A DNA stretch of 64,000 bases, from assembly GCA_964270895.1 (NCBI GenBank), contig OZ185439.1; one strand, given 5' to 3'. This stretch comes from Podarcis filfolensis (taxonomy: Eukaryota). A program made the translations under genes and the position numbers. The notes below the pieces were generated by a model, which was not told the DNA's origin, ran no database searches, and saw only the letters and a program-made list of their open reading frames with translations. Position 1 is the first letter of the stretch; every line of letters begins with the position of its first letter. Shown piece after piece: positions 1-12,790 of the stretch.

Positions 1-2096
1 TAGGAATAAGAACATAAGTACTGCCTCTTGGAATCACATGCAGTTCAACCACTTCCATCTATTCCTTTGTGCAGCCATCTGTGTTTCCCCTACAAGAGTA
101 TACTGAACAGTTCAGCACAAATTATTTTACTGAACCACACAATTGAGGAAACTCAAGAAAAGGAAAAGAATGGGAGGTTTATTTGTTTTTTTCACTTCAA
201 GGAGCATTGCTTTGTAGCTTTGCATTGCTCTCCGGCATTCCATTTCATCTAACACTTGCCAATGAACAGTGTCAAAAGAGCCTTTTGAAACTATAAGCTG
301 CTCTTGACAGAATCTCTGACAGTACCATCAAACCTAAACTATGAAAGTTTTACCAGTAAACACGGTCATTTGTCATCACTTTTCCTCATGGCCGGGTGTC
401 ACGAGGTGCAAAATCATCAAGTGCCGGGTTTTTATTCTCCTCTTCCAGTGAGAACTTGGATGTGTGACTAAAATGATGAGGGTTCAGCGGGCTAATCGGA
501 TGAAGGGAAGCAAAAATAGTCCACATTGTAGATTTGAGCAGCAGGACACAAAAAGGGACAAATGAAAGGTTAACAAACTGAGCGGCAAAGAGCAAAGATT
601 TTGTCCCTTCCCAGCATCTCCCCATGAACCCAGCTTTCTGAGATGGAGCCTGTCAGATGGATAGAGATGGGCAGAATATGAATTTTACTGGGTGGGGAGT
701 GAAATGAAGGTCTCCTGGAAAATTGGGGGATGTGACGGATGTCTCAAAAGTTTCAGGAGGGGGTTGCTGTTACCTCACTTAACCAAACAAGGTGACCAAG
801 GGTTTTCCATTTTTTCCCTTGCTTTTTTCAACTTAACAGAAAAGTCCACACCACCTGCAGTCTCTCTGCAGCTTCCTGCCAGCCACACAGCCCAGTTGCA
901 TTTTTCAACGCAGAAGGCAAAGGAAAGTGGGCTTCTCGAATTCACTTACAACTTAAAAGAACAACAGGGACAAGTGAGAGAGCTCCTGCCATAAAGTTTT
1001 CATGGTGTTGAGAGTTAGCATGAATTTCTCATACACTCCCGCTGTGCAGCATGACCAAAACATGCTATTTGGGCCCATCGTGTCCTGAAAGAAACCACTG
1101 GCTCCCAAAGTTTCTCTAACTTCTCTGGTTGCTGCACTGTGAAGCAACTTCACGTCAAGAGGCGATCTAAAAAGAAAAAAAAGGATTCAAGTATTGAAAG
1201 AAAGGTGGAGGGAAACAAAGCTAAATGCCTCACAATTATCTTCACATTGCAAGCAATATTGATTTCTTTATGAATTTCACAGAAATTTGTCAGTGGACTG
1301 TCAAGGGCAAGATTGATTCTCTTGCCTGTGGGAATGTTACAATATCAGCATAATTAGCCCCATCAGCGCATTTGCAGAATCCTTTCTGACATTTCTCCTG
1401 CGATGGCAAATTAACACCATGTTGATGGCTTCCATCTATGGCTCAGCCACCAATGAATGAAAAGATACCTTCATCTCCCTTTTCTTTAAACGTTTCGCTC
1501 CTTTTTTCTTCCCAAAGGGGCTAGGGTAAAGAGCACCATTATTACTGTAATAACTGTAGAGAAGAATTAACAGGAATAGATAAAATAATAATGGCAGCTA
1601 TGACTCTTTATGAGGCTTTTACCAGAATGTGTTTTTTTGTTCTCCCCATATTTGCACCGAATACGTTCTAACAAAATGCTTTTTAAACAATACTTCTGAA
1701 TGATATTGGGTAATATTTTCCAGTCACACAGAATGCATAGCATTACTCCACTCTGGAAGTAAGGAAGAATGTAAGCACTGGTCAGAAGCAAGAAATTATG
1801 AGGAAATACTTCACACCATGTTCTCTTACCTTGATTCCATAAACATCCCATCCCAGTGCCACTCATGTACACTGTCCTACCCCCACTTCAGCTTTTAGGT
1901 ATTTACACAACCTAACTTAGAAATCTCATGAGTCTTACTGAAGTTCTTTTTAAGATGCAACTCTAACCATGTCCACTCAAAAATAAGTGCTATTAAATTC
2001 AGCGGGGCTCCCTCCCGGGTAAGTGGGGCTAGGATTGTAGCCTTAGCTTCCTTTGAAATTCCTCAAACACTTTACTAAGCAGAAATTGCCAAATTA

Positions 2097-2169
2097 ATAG
2101 AATCACAGAACTGTAGATTTGGAAGATACCCTAAGGGTCATGTAGTCCAACCCCCTGCAATGCGGGAAC
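2097..2169 (-). mobile_element. CR1-type 3' tail fragment
   Basis: Reverse complement reads cgcattgcagggggttggactacatgaccc...tctacagttctgtgattctat. Confidence 0.7.
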
Positions 2170-2851
2170 ATAATTCCATCTAGAATTTCTCTTCACTTTT
2201 GCTAAGTTCACAGTGACTCCAGCCTTCCACATGACATCTTGCTGTGACCTAATTCAGCAGGAAAGCTCCTACCTCCGCATCAAAGTTTTCTGCCCAATTA
2301 CTGAAAGAAGAGAGGAGGCCAACAGCAGATGAGGAGGTGGAGAAGGCATCTCCAGGAATCCTCCATGCCCCACTGCCTTCAAAAACATCTCCTGACCATT
2401 TTAGGCCAATGAAACATATAAAGAAGGAGTCTGTAACAAGCACTAGCCAACCTAAACTTCAATGACTGCAAGGTCTGAATTTGAGGTAATCTTCACACTT
2501 TCCCTCACAGTGAGTACCACTCCTACAAGTGCTGCTTCTGCTGAAGCTCAGGCAAGCCAGATTGAGATATTATTCTTGGGAGGAGGTTGCCAAGCCACTG
2601 CTTCAGCCTCACAGTGAGCTACATCTACTACAAGTCACTTAATACCTCATAAGCTGGTAAAGCAAATGTGCATTTTCACATTAGCAAGACTGCTGAAGTC
2701 TAAAGGCTCATAATAATTTATCTCATGAATGGGTGTACCTCACAACAGAAGCTAGCACAAGGCAAACTAAGTTGCACACAGAACAGAATATCGGTGTTTT
2801 GGAGTTCTTTGGCCTCTCACACACTTGCATCATACGTGAACTAACCTAAAT

Positions 2852-2985
2852 CAGGGGTAGTCAACATGGTTTCTGCCAGAGATGTTTGGGACTACAACTC
2901 CCATCAGCCCTAGCCAGCATTGGCAATGGTGGAGGATGGAGGGAATGGCAGTCCACCACATCTGAATGGCATCACTAGTATAGAC
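2852..2985. mobile_element. Older related hAT MITE subfamily
   Basis: caggggtagtcaacatgg...gatgtttgggactacaactcccatcagccctagccagcattgg; similar copies at about 35541-35675 and 62720-62843. Confidence 0.6.
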
Positions 2986-3732
2986 AATGGCGGAGAAAGA
3001 CAAGGGGGAAGCAAGAACTTTCCAGACAAGTCAGTTGATCCATATCTTCCCAATGCTTGAAGCAAAGACAATTTTCATAAAGAAATTGTAGAAGAAGAAT
3101 ATGCCGGAAATTAAAACAAGTCTACAATCCTAACTGTTGTTATTCACCAAAACCAGTAGGGGTTACTTTAAGGGTGGGGGCTGTTTGGGATGAAAGCATT
3201 GTAATGAGATACACAACTATTTATCTTCCAGAAATCGAACATGTGGGACAAAGCTCTCCCACCATCAAAAATCCTCCATACTTTTTCCTGGTGACTTCAG
3301 TGTGGGGAGGCTGATATCCAATTGCAGTGAGGAATATGCATTTATATTTGCAGGTTGGATTCACTGGTATAACGTGATAATGCCATACAACCATTGTCAT
3401 CTCTGAAAAAGTCCACTCATTTATCAGACATATTTTGCTTTTGTGACGCTCATTTTCCAGACTAGCTATCCTAAGTACCATTTCAAGCAAACTTCAGTGG
3501 CATTCAAAATTCAAAAATTCAAAACCTGTATGGGTTAACACAGGCCTGTGGTGTTCTCTATCCCACTTTGCCCCCACCTCAATTCTATCTTCTCCTCAAC
3601 CCCTCCATGACTTCAGGCACAACTTCTACACAAAGGCACCTCTCCCTCTATTGGCTTCCTTTGGAAGTATGTGACGCATGCACCAATTTTCTGCTGGAAA
3701 AAAAAATTCAATTATGCTGCTATTTTATTTCC

Positions 3733-3733
<1 letters not shown>

Positions 3734-3779
<46 letters not shown>
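3734..3779. repeat. (TTTC)n microsatellite
   Basis: Seen directly. Confidence 0.98.
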
Positions 3780-5149
3780 ATCCCTTGGGGGCATATCCCA
3801 AGGTACAGCATCTGGGAAGAAGATGTCCTTGACAGCATCCTCTAAGGCTGATGGAACCAGCCAGGCTGGCAAAATTTGATAGTCAACCAGTAATTGTAGA
3901 GTTATATTAAGGGAATATTTGACTTTGTGTGCTAAATACCCCAAGTACTACTTCACTGCAGAAGACAATGTATGTCTTATTTGTGGGGGTTTTAAAAAAC
4001 CCTATCCTTTATCTTTCTACCTTTTCATTTAGCAAATGTTACCATGCTTATTAATATTCCTCAGCAGTCAGACCTGTGTGGTAGAGCATTAATATAACAT
4101 TTTTTAAAATGAAGTTCCTGTTCTACTTGAGTTACTCAGTAAATATTTGGTAATCTATCTTGATACGTTCCTGTCTGTCAAGGGCTATTGCCTGCTTGAT
4201 GCTTCTGCTTGAAAAGCAGACAATGGGAACCAGGAAGACACTTTCCTGTGATTCTAAGTCCCCTTTTTTTTCTTAATTATTCATACAGCCACACAGTTTC
4301 CAGCGTTTCGAAGTCTCCCAGCAATGCAAGTAATTACAAGCTGCACATGGGATTTACTTTGGTGTAAACGCATAATGATGCTGAACACCGGATGAAAAGG
4401 CTTGAACAATAACAGACCTAAAAATGAGAACAAATAGATATATTTCGTGGATGTTTTAATTCCTTGAATTAAGTTCCTTGAAGGCAAACCTTGCCCTAAT
4501 TATTGATGGAGTCTGATCCAGCAGAATGATTCTGGGCCAAGAGAGGGGAGCATTTTATGGAACTGTGCCCTTCCAAAGTTCTACCCCTTTCACCCGCATA
4601 GAATTTCTAAAGGGTACGGCTACAGAAAAGACGGTCATGTCCATATGGAATTGGGATAGGGGACTAGCAGCTGTCCATATGTCATTGAACTCCAATTTCC
4701 ATCAGGCCAACAAAACCAAAAATCAATGGATCATTCATTTCATGAATTACTCATTGACAAACTACAGTTACAACCACTACTCTGCTTTTACAGGTATCTG
4801 AACCTAGAAACTGGATTGCTGAGCTGGGAGAAATAAATTGTGGTTGGGGCAAACCATGGTTAGGCATAACATCTCAAACTGAGCCCTAAGAGATATTCAT
4901 CCAACACGCTCTTTAAACATTACAGTCATCCTTCCAGTTGCTTTCCTGGATCAGAGCAAAGGTCTGCCATAATGTTTTCAGCACTCGCCAGTCAGATGTT
5001 TTGATGGAGCCCACAATTGGCTTCTCCAAAGTATGCAAGTCCTAGGTTTGTAAAAAGTGTGAAGACCTTCCCTAAAGACAGCAGCTTTCTCTTGTCAGTT
5101 TTGCAGCAACAACTATTCAGATGTACACTGTCTCTGAGCACAGAAGTTG

Positions 5150-5420
5150 CATTTAATTCTCACGGCTAATGGCCATTGCCAGGCCTATCTTCCATGAATT
5201 TGTCTAATGCTTTTTGAAAGCCACATAAGCTAGCGACCTTTGCTGAATCCCGTGGTAGTGAATTCTGTAAGTTAATTGTGCATTGTGCAAAGAAGCACTT
5301 TCCTTTGTCTTTGGTGACCTCTGTACAGCCAGTCAGTTACACTGGATGACTCCAATCCAAGTTCTGTGAGAGTGAAAAGCCTTTTTGTATCCACTGTTCA
5401 TACTTTTCTAACTTTTATCA
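5150..5420 (-). mobile_element. Old CR1-type LINE fragment
   Basis: ccatgaatttgtctaatgc...gtggtagtgaattctgtaagttaattgtgcattgtgcaaagaagcactttcctttgtc. Confidence 0.55.
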
Positions 5421-5802
5421 TGTCCTGCTTAGTCACATTGCAGAGGGGTGGGGGGGTGCTGAATCTCTAAATTGAAAGTAAATCACTGTGGTGGTGTTGT
5501 GTACTTTTAGGGAAGATCTTGACAATTTTAGGCTGCAACACTAGGTCTACTTATCTCACTGAATTCATTATGACCCTTGTTTCCTAATAATTCCTAGCAT
5601 TGAATTTGCCCTTTTCACTCTAGCAGGTCATGGAGGTCTCGGTTTTATTTCCTGTGAGGCTTTATACTATCTTACATTTTTATGCATCCATTGTCCATGG
5701 AACTCGGGGTAGTTTATATGAGGCTATTTCTTTTTATCCACTCAACACACTGGACAGGTAGACAAAGGCTGCAATCCTGCACTCACTTAGCTGAGTGTAA
5801 AC

Positions 5803-6804
5803 TAGGGTTGCTATATTTTAAAAAGTGAAAATTTGGAGACAAAAGTTCTTGAGCTTCATTTGGCAAAGTTGTCGAGCTATTTCCCCCCTTTTCTGTTTTG
5901 CTTTTTTGGCTAAAAAGATGTTTTTGAGCTATTTTTAAGGAAAGTTGGCAAAAACAAGACTGCCGACATGTGTTACCATACGTCTGGATTTTCCAAGACA
6001 CTTTGCCCATTTCTGCCTAGACACTGCTTCCGACCACAGTATTCCGGGTATGTCTGGCAAATTCCGGACGTAAGGCAGCCAGGGCTGGGCAATATCAGCT
6101 TTTCAACACTGTGATGTATCACCAGCCAAACATCGTGGTTTGGCGATATACTGCAATGTTGCAAAAACAAGATGCGCTGGCCTCTGCCCGCGAGACACCA
6201 GGTGAAACTGCCCCAGCTCTCGCCTCGAGAGCTGAGGCGGTTTCACCCAGGCACTCATGAGCTGGGACAATGCAGCTGGTTTGTGCCGCTCAGCTGGGGG
6301 AGGGAACTTTCCCCCTCTCCCAGCTGAGAGAGCCCCAGTGTTCTCCCCACTTGCCCATGAGCAGGTGGAACATCAGGGCTCCATAACTGCTCACTGCAGG
6401 GAGCAGCAACCGTGCTCCCCTCAGCTGAGCAGTTTCATGGAGTCCCCACTCCACTGCTGGCTTGCGGGAGCTAGCATCAGGCAGGGGGCTCCTTTAACTG
6501 CTTGATTGAGGCAAGGGCAGCTGCACACTCCTCATTTGAGCAGTTTAAAGAGGAGGGCATCATATGAAGGCAGAGTGTGATGGCAGTTTCACTCAGTGGT
6601 ATATCTCTGGTGAAACTGACTTTGCTCCTGAGCTAGCAGAAGGTACTTTTGACTCCTTCCTGTGGATGCTGCTAGCAGAGGGACTCAGCAGCAGTGGGGT
6701 TTCACCAGCGATATGCCACTGAGTGAAGCCAACATCAAGGTCTGCTCCTCATACCGGTCCTGGGCGATCTATCAATATATCACCCAGGCCTAATGGCAAC
6801 CCTA
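5803..6804 (+). mobile_element. TAGGGTTGCC-type hAT element carrying a nested insertion
   Basis: tagggttgcta at 5803 and ggcaacccta ending at 6804; internal aaagttcttgagc repeats and a gttaccatacgtctgg...ccggacgtaaggca palindrome shared with the 14218 copy. Confidence 0.65.
6080..6792. mobile_element. Non-autonomous DNA transposon with (T/C)AGGGCTGGGC-type TIRs
   Basis: cagggctgggcaatatc...atatatcacccaggccta; flanks aaggcagc versus atggcaac (6/8) suggest an 8-bp TSD; internal inverted repeat at about 6586-6728. Confidence 0.6.
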
Positions 6805-6865
6805 TTAAACTCCATTGAAATCAGTAGGAAACAATGTATTGTATGGGAGAGTGATTGGTCCAAGT

Positions 6866-7001
6866 CAGGAATAGGCAAACTCAGCCCTACAGATGTTTTG
6901 GGACTACAACTCCCCTCATCCATGACCCCTGGTCCTGTTAGATAGGGATGATGGGAGTTGCAGTCCCAAAACATCTGGAGGGCTGAGTTTGCCTAGGCCT
7001 G
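6866..7001. mobile_element. Palindromic hAT MITE (same family)
   Basis: Same sequence; TSD degenerate (gtccaagt versus gcaagt). Confidence 0.85.
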
Positions 7002-7388
7002 GCAAGTCCACACAGTATGTCTCACAACTGAGGAGAGATTTGTACCTGGGTTCCCACATATGAACCCAACCCAAAATCTTCTCTGTTGTGTAATGAAAAC
7101 CAATATCAACAACTGTGTGTGCCCTAAGTTGTATTCCTTTGGACTTAAATTCATGTTTCCAAAATGGATCCTTCCAAAATGTTTTACTTTGAAGACAACT
7201 TTTGAAAAGGGTGGGGTTTTTTTTAGAGGCAAATTATTTTTGTTCTGTTGTTACAAGAACAACACATTATCATTTGAATTTCTTAGGAAAAACTTTGGGA
7301 TTGAATGTCATGTGGTTCTGGTGGCTTATTTGTTTTTGTTTTTCTCAGTTGGTGCCATTAATTACTAGATCCACTGTAACCTCTATAA

Positions 7389-7507
7389 GCCTGGGATAGC
7401 TCAGTTGGTAAAGCAGGTCATGGGTTCAAGCCCTACACTGAGCAGAAGATGCCTGCATGGCAGGGGGTTGGACTAGATGACCCTCATGGTTCCTTACAAT
7501 TCTATGA
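7389..7507 (+). mobile_element. Short SINE: tRNA-Lys-like head plus CR1 3' tail
   Basis: gcctgggatagctcagttggtaaagca..ggtcatgggttcaagccc (A and B boxes, anticodon arm missing), then gcagggggttggactagatgaccctcatggttcc...ttctatga. Confidence 0.7.
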
Positions 7508-7519
7508 AGACATACTTCA

Positions 7520-7622
7520 TATATTGGATGTTACTCTTATTCAGAGTAGACCCATTGAAATATTTGGACTTAAGCCTGCTGATTTCAATGGGCCTACTCT
7601 GCATATAAATGATGTTGGATGT
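7520..7622. repeat. Short palindromic MITE-like repeat
   Basis: cagagtagacccattgaaat...atttcaatgggcctactctg forms an inverted repeat; related ccattgaa elements at about 41925-42030. Confidence 0.55.
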
Positions 7623-7874
7623 CACATATTGGAGGGGGGCTGAGCTGCAGCAGTGGCCCCACCCTGACGCCCTGTACTCCCAACTAGACATCCACACCAT
7701 GCCCATGCACTGCATGTGGACATCTGAAACGGGGAAGCCTACCTAGGCGGGGTTTCACATGATCTGGAACCCTGCATGATTAGGGTTCTATAACATGGGG
7801 AAGGCTTGCTACGGAATTCATGCTCAACATGTGGTTGGAAGTGAGGCTAACTGGTACACAGGAAACTGAAACTG

Positions 7875-8183
7875 AATAACAACAACAACAACAATTTATT
7901 ATTTATACCCCACCCATCTGGTTGGGTTTCCCCAGCCACTCTGGATGGCTTCCAACAAAATATTAAAAATACTTTAAGACACCAGTCATTAAAAACTTCC
8001 CTAAACAGGACTGCCTTCAGATGTCTTCTAAATGTCTGGCAGTTGTTGTTCTCTTTGAGATCTGGTGGGAGGGCGTTCCACAGGGCGGGTGCCACTACCG
8101 AGAAGGCCCTCTGCCTGGTTCCCTGTAACTTCGCTTCTCACAGTGAGGGAACCACCAGAAGGCCCTCAGAGCTGGACCTCAGT
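7875..8183 (-). mobile_element. L2 LINE 3' fragment
   Basis: Same 3' sequence as the 19118 copy on the opposite strand, with an (AAC/AAT)n tail. Confidence 0.8.
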
Positions 8184-10817
8184 CCCCAGTATGATGACGT
8201 ACCTCCATCAACGTGTGGAGTCCCGTGTTACATGAGTAATGGGCGAAGGGGACTAGAGAGTCTTTTGACTGACAGTAACTTCAGGACTGACAAACAGAAG
8301 GACCCCCCCCCCCCCGGAATTGAAATGCAGAAGATGAATTCTTAATCTAAGAGGTGTAGGTGCCCTTGCACAACTAACCCTTCATACCGCCATATAAAAG
8401 CAGCAGTGATTCTAAAGCTGACTCCTGCTGACTTGACTGCTTGCAGAGGTGCTCCTGGTGCAGAGCTAACACAGCTGTAATTAATTACTTTGCTTGCCTG
8501 CTCGTCTACATCAGGTGAAGGTAGCTTAAAAACCATATGGCTTGAGGCAGGTTAAAGGGATGTGGAGTTTTGATGCAGGCCTAAACCGATGTAGGTTCTG
8601 CATAGTCTGGCCAGAATGAGATCTACTCTGCGGCTAAATCCCTGGGATTCCCGGCAGCTGAAAGGAGGGGTTGTCATTTGCCTGATATGTTAGTCTATTC
8701 TGTCATTTGCCTGGTATGTTGGTCTATTCTATCCTTGTGTAAAGGGGGGGGTGTGTCATTTGCCTGCATTCTATTCTTGTGTATGAACTGTTCCTCGTTC
8801 AGCAGCCTGAGGGGGGAAATGGAGGGGGGGATGGCTAAAAGAACAAAACAGTATGACCCCAACTGCTTTTTGCTTCAACCCTACTCCCAGTCAACATGTA
8901 ATGCCACAGATTAAACCCAAGGGAGGGTAGCCCTTGAGAAAAGTTTGCCCATCCCTCCTTTAGCCAGAAACATAGTGCTAAGGCCCATTCATGGTAATCA
9001 AGGCTGCCAAACTCACAAGAATATACCTAACTAAATCTCAGTGATCATGGGCTGTACCCACTGTAGCACTAAGTTAGTGTTGTCAGTGCAAAGATTTCTC
9101 ATAGCACAGTGGAGCATTCTTCCCCCCTTTCCTCCTCCTTTGCCCCCCAAATCTGTTCTGCGTTCCCCAAACCACACCCTCTGAAGTGGATTTGTGGATG
9201 GTGGCCATGCATGAGGTGTGTGGGGGGAACCCTTGCACTGGTGCGGAAATACAGTTGAATACCACCCCATGTGTTGCACACTAAATATGGTAAAAGCCTT
9301 GCTCTCAGTCCAGTCATCTTTGAGAAGCATGCCAAAGTTCTGGTTGAAAGGAAGAAACCATTATCAGGAAATATATTTGTATGTATATCTATTGAAGATA
9401 CTGAGAGGGAGAGGGAGCAGAAATACTAATATAGGTGGCGAGAATAATTTATCTTTCTTCCCCTTAGCTCTGCTTCTGTGATTTAACATTTGGCTGGATT
9501 AACTAATGGGATCCTCTCCAACCCTCCTTGTATACTTAGGCAACTATGGAGTGAACTTAACCCTCTCCATTATGGTTTAACCTTGAGATCACAACTGTGA
9601 AAGCAGCTGCAATGGGCATCAGACATAATTTGCAGTCACTGAATTCAAGGCTAAGCTAGCATGCAGGCCAAATTACCACTCAGGTTTGATAATAAATTAG
9701 GAGAAATAATTTCACCTGTAGCTCCCACAAATTGCTAAGGAAGGATTATAAGACTTCTGGAACAAATAAATATAACCTGTGCGTGGAATAAAAACAGGTC
9801 CACTGACGTTTGAAACAACGTACGCACAATAAGAAGCTTGATCCCTGAAGAAGTGTGTGTTACAATTGCCCTTTCTGTTTGCTGTTTGCTATCATCTGTT
9901 TCTTTAGTCTAAAACCTGGAAATGATCTGAAATGATCAATGCAAAATTAAGGGCATTTTGCTTTTGTCCCATACATTGTGATGGAGTTTCTGCTAAATGC
10001 TGCAGTCCTTGGGATGTCCCCTTTGCTAGCAGTCTGCAATTGCAGGTCAGTTGGCATTATTCTCATATGAGACCTGATCAAAAGTATAGGAGACCAAGAG
10101 GGCTTCACTCATTACAGCAAAAAATCATGTGACCAGTGAGAGAGGCTGTGAAAGCCTTCTGGTCTCGTTTCCAAAAAAAGACAAAGAAGCTGCTTGCATA
10201 TTCTCTCCTTGAAAGCTCAGTAAACCAGCCCATAGCCATTCCTGCGACTTCCAGCTCTATAGAACTAAAATACAAAGCCACACTGGGTGACAAGTCCTGG
10301 CTTGAGAGATCACCACTGTAAGAAGTGGGTCCTGAAACCTTTAATCCCGCTCCTTAAAATACAATCTGAACAAAATTGGTGAAGCAGTAAAGAGTTGATT
10401 TAGTACAATACATTTTTGCAAGAGCGGCACACCCTAGCTTTGGCAAAGCATGAACTTATATTCCTTGAAGTGCAGGTTCCCTCCTTTGCATCCCCATTGG
10501 CTGGGTACTACTAGGTTGACAGCCTATCACGACCACCTAATTTCCCTACTAACATCCCCGCCTCCGTTTACATCTCCCATTACCCTTATTTCAGTGCCCC
10601 TTTACCCTTATTTATTATTTCCCTTATTTAGTTTATGTTCTTATGCAGTTACTTGCTAAGCCAACCTAAACCCCACATCCTGGCCACATGCTCTAAGCAT
10701 CTCTCGTGATCAGGTGTGAATCGATCTGAGCTGCTGACGTTTGTCTAACTTGCTACATTTGTGGTTTATGTGAAAAAGCAACATCCTCATTTCTCACACC
10801 ACCGAAAACACTAGGGT

Positions 10818-11003
10818 CATAGGAACCTGCCTTACTTCAAGTCAGTCCACTGGTTTATTTAGTTAAGTATTGTTTATCCTGACTGGCCGTGGCTCTCCAG
10901 GGTTTCAGTCAGGTGCCTCTCAATGCCCTACCTGAAAATGCTGGGAATTAAACCTAGGACTTTTTGCATGCAAGGGAGGAGATACTAAAGCACGAAGTTA
11001 TGA
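10818..11003 (-). mobile_element. Old tRNA-derived SINE
   Basis: Reverse complement of the family at 58013 and 59480 (ttgcatgca..aagg..ccagg head; cagcttcctat tail). Confidence 0.6.
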
Positions 11004-11062
11004 GTATTCCTCTATGCACTATGCAGAACAGGTTAGTGATTATGTGATTTGTAGCAGGGAAG

Positions 11063-11391
11063 CGGGTGGCGCTGTGGGTTAAACCACAGAGCCTAGGACT
11101 TGCCGAGCAGAAGGTCAGCGGTTCAAATCCCCGCGATGGGGAGAGCTCCCTTTGCTCGGTCCCTGCTCCTGCCAACCTAGCAGTTCAAAAGCACGTCAAA
11201 GTACAAGTAGATAAATAGGTACCGCTCTGGCGGGAAGCTAAACAGCGTTTCTGTGTGCTGCTCTGGTTCGCCAGAAGCGGCTTAGTCATGCTGGCCACGT
11301 GACCCGGAAGCTGTACGCTGGCTCCCTCGGCCAGCAACCCCAGAGTCGGTCACGACTGGACCTAATGGTCAGGGGTCCCTTTACCTTTACC
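11063..11391 (+). mobile_element. Sauria SINE (RTE/Bov-B-mobilised), near full length
   Basis: cgggtggcgctgtgggttaaaccacagagcctagg...ggttcaaatccccgcgatgggg...cctttacctttacc tail; direct repeat TAGCAGGGAAG at 11052-11062 and 11392-11402; lacks about 20 bp that the 43100 copy has. Confidence 0.9.
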
Positions 11392-12614
11392 TAGCAGGGA
11401 AGTGGTGTACAGGAAAGGTGCTCAACTCTCTGTCCCCACATACCGGTACCTCTTTACTCTGTCGAACTTGCAGCCAGAAGCACAGGTTAAGGCAAAGCAA
11501 CTTGGTATAAGAGGCCATATGAGAAACGCAGTGTGCAGCAATGGGATTAAGCACCCTCCCCACTTTTCCACTCTAAATCATACTGTTGCTGCAAACCAGC
11601 TTACCAGACCTAGCTCTGCTCCCAAATATTCCGTACAGCCCTCCAAGCCAGGAAACATTCATCTGCTTGCAGTTGATTGCAATGCGGACAAATTTGAATA
11701 AATAAGATGGGTAACAATCTCCCTGTATCTTGCAGACAAATAGTGCGTTTCATTTGTCATTTTTGTGGCTATTGTGCAAAAATGATTGAGGGGAAATCTA
11801 AAAATGCATGCCGCAACCAATTCCAGACAGCTCAGCTTAACCACTGTAATCACTCACAACTTGTTTTTGCCTTCCTTCCTTTAGACAATGTTGCACATGA
11901 GCAGTAAAGAGAAAAAGAAGCCTCTCTTTCCATTTAATAGGCTAGCAGGCAGCCATGAAACCACCTGAAGACAACGTGAGGTAAGCACTACTTTGTTTCT
12001 GAAGTTGCCTAAAGTCTCTCAGACTCAAAACGGAAGCACATTAGACGGCAAAAGGGCCTAATGTAATTATTAGGCAGGCTCACAAAGTACCTAATATTGT
12101 AAATGTGCAGACAAATGGACCCTCCTTATTCTATGGGTATATTTCCATCCCTCCTTTCCTTGCATGCCCTTTATTCCCTGCACATATGCAAAGGTTTTCA
12201 TCCAGAGTAGAGCTGAAAGTGATGGTGGAAAGGTGACCTTAGTAGTATTCAAGGTACATATGTTGAATATTCCAAAGTCAGAGCAATGACAGAAATGTTG
12301 TGTTAACAGAGATATTGCAAAGTGCAGGGTAGACTTATGGTGACCATAGCCATCTGCCTGCAAGTGGAAAAGGTTATTTGGAATGAATGGTGCAGGCAAC
12401 TGGTATTTTTTCCAACCCAGCACATGAACTTCAGGGAAGCTTCTGTATTGTCATTCTTCAATGTGTCTAGTCAACCAGAAGGTCGAGCATTTCTTAGTCA
12501 AACAATAATCTTGGATGGGGTGATTGATTTGACAGGTAATCTTGGGTAATGGCCCCCACACTATTCTAATCCTACACTCTACCTGCACTGCAATCCTAAA
12601 CACATTCGTTGGAG

Positions 12615-12790
12615 CATAGGAGTCAAATCCTAGCGGCTGAGGTCCCTTCGGCCCCCCAATAAAATATTTGAGGGGGCCAGTTCTCTTAAAGTAGATGGAC
12701 ATTGCCATTCAAATAGGGGGGTGTCGTGCGATTATGTGGAGCGGGGTTTACCTGGGCCACCCCAATATTTTATTCAAGTTGGCACCCTTG
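12615..12790. mobile_element. Non-autonomous hAT element
   Basis: Imperfect TIRs cataggagtcaa...ttggcacccttg; 8-bp TSD cgttggag versus cattggag (7/8, consistent with CpG decay). Confidence 0.75.
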
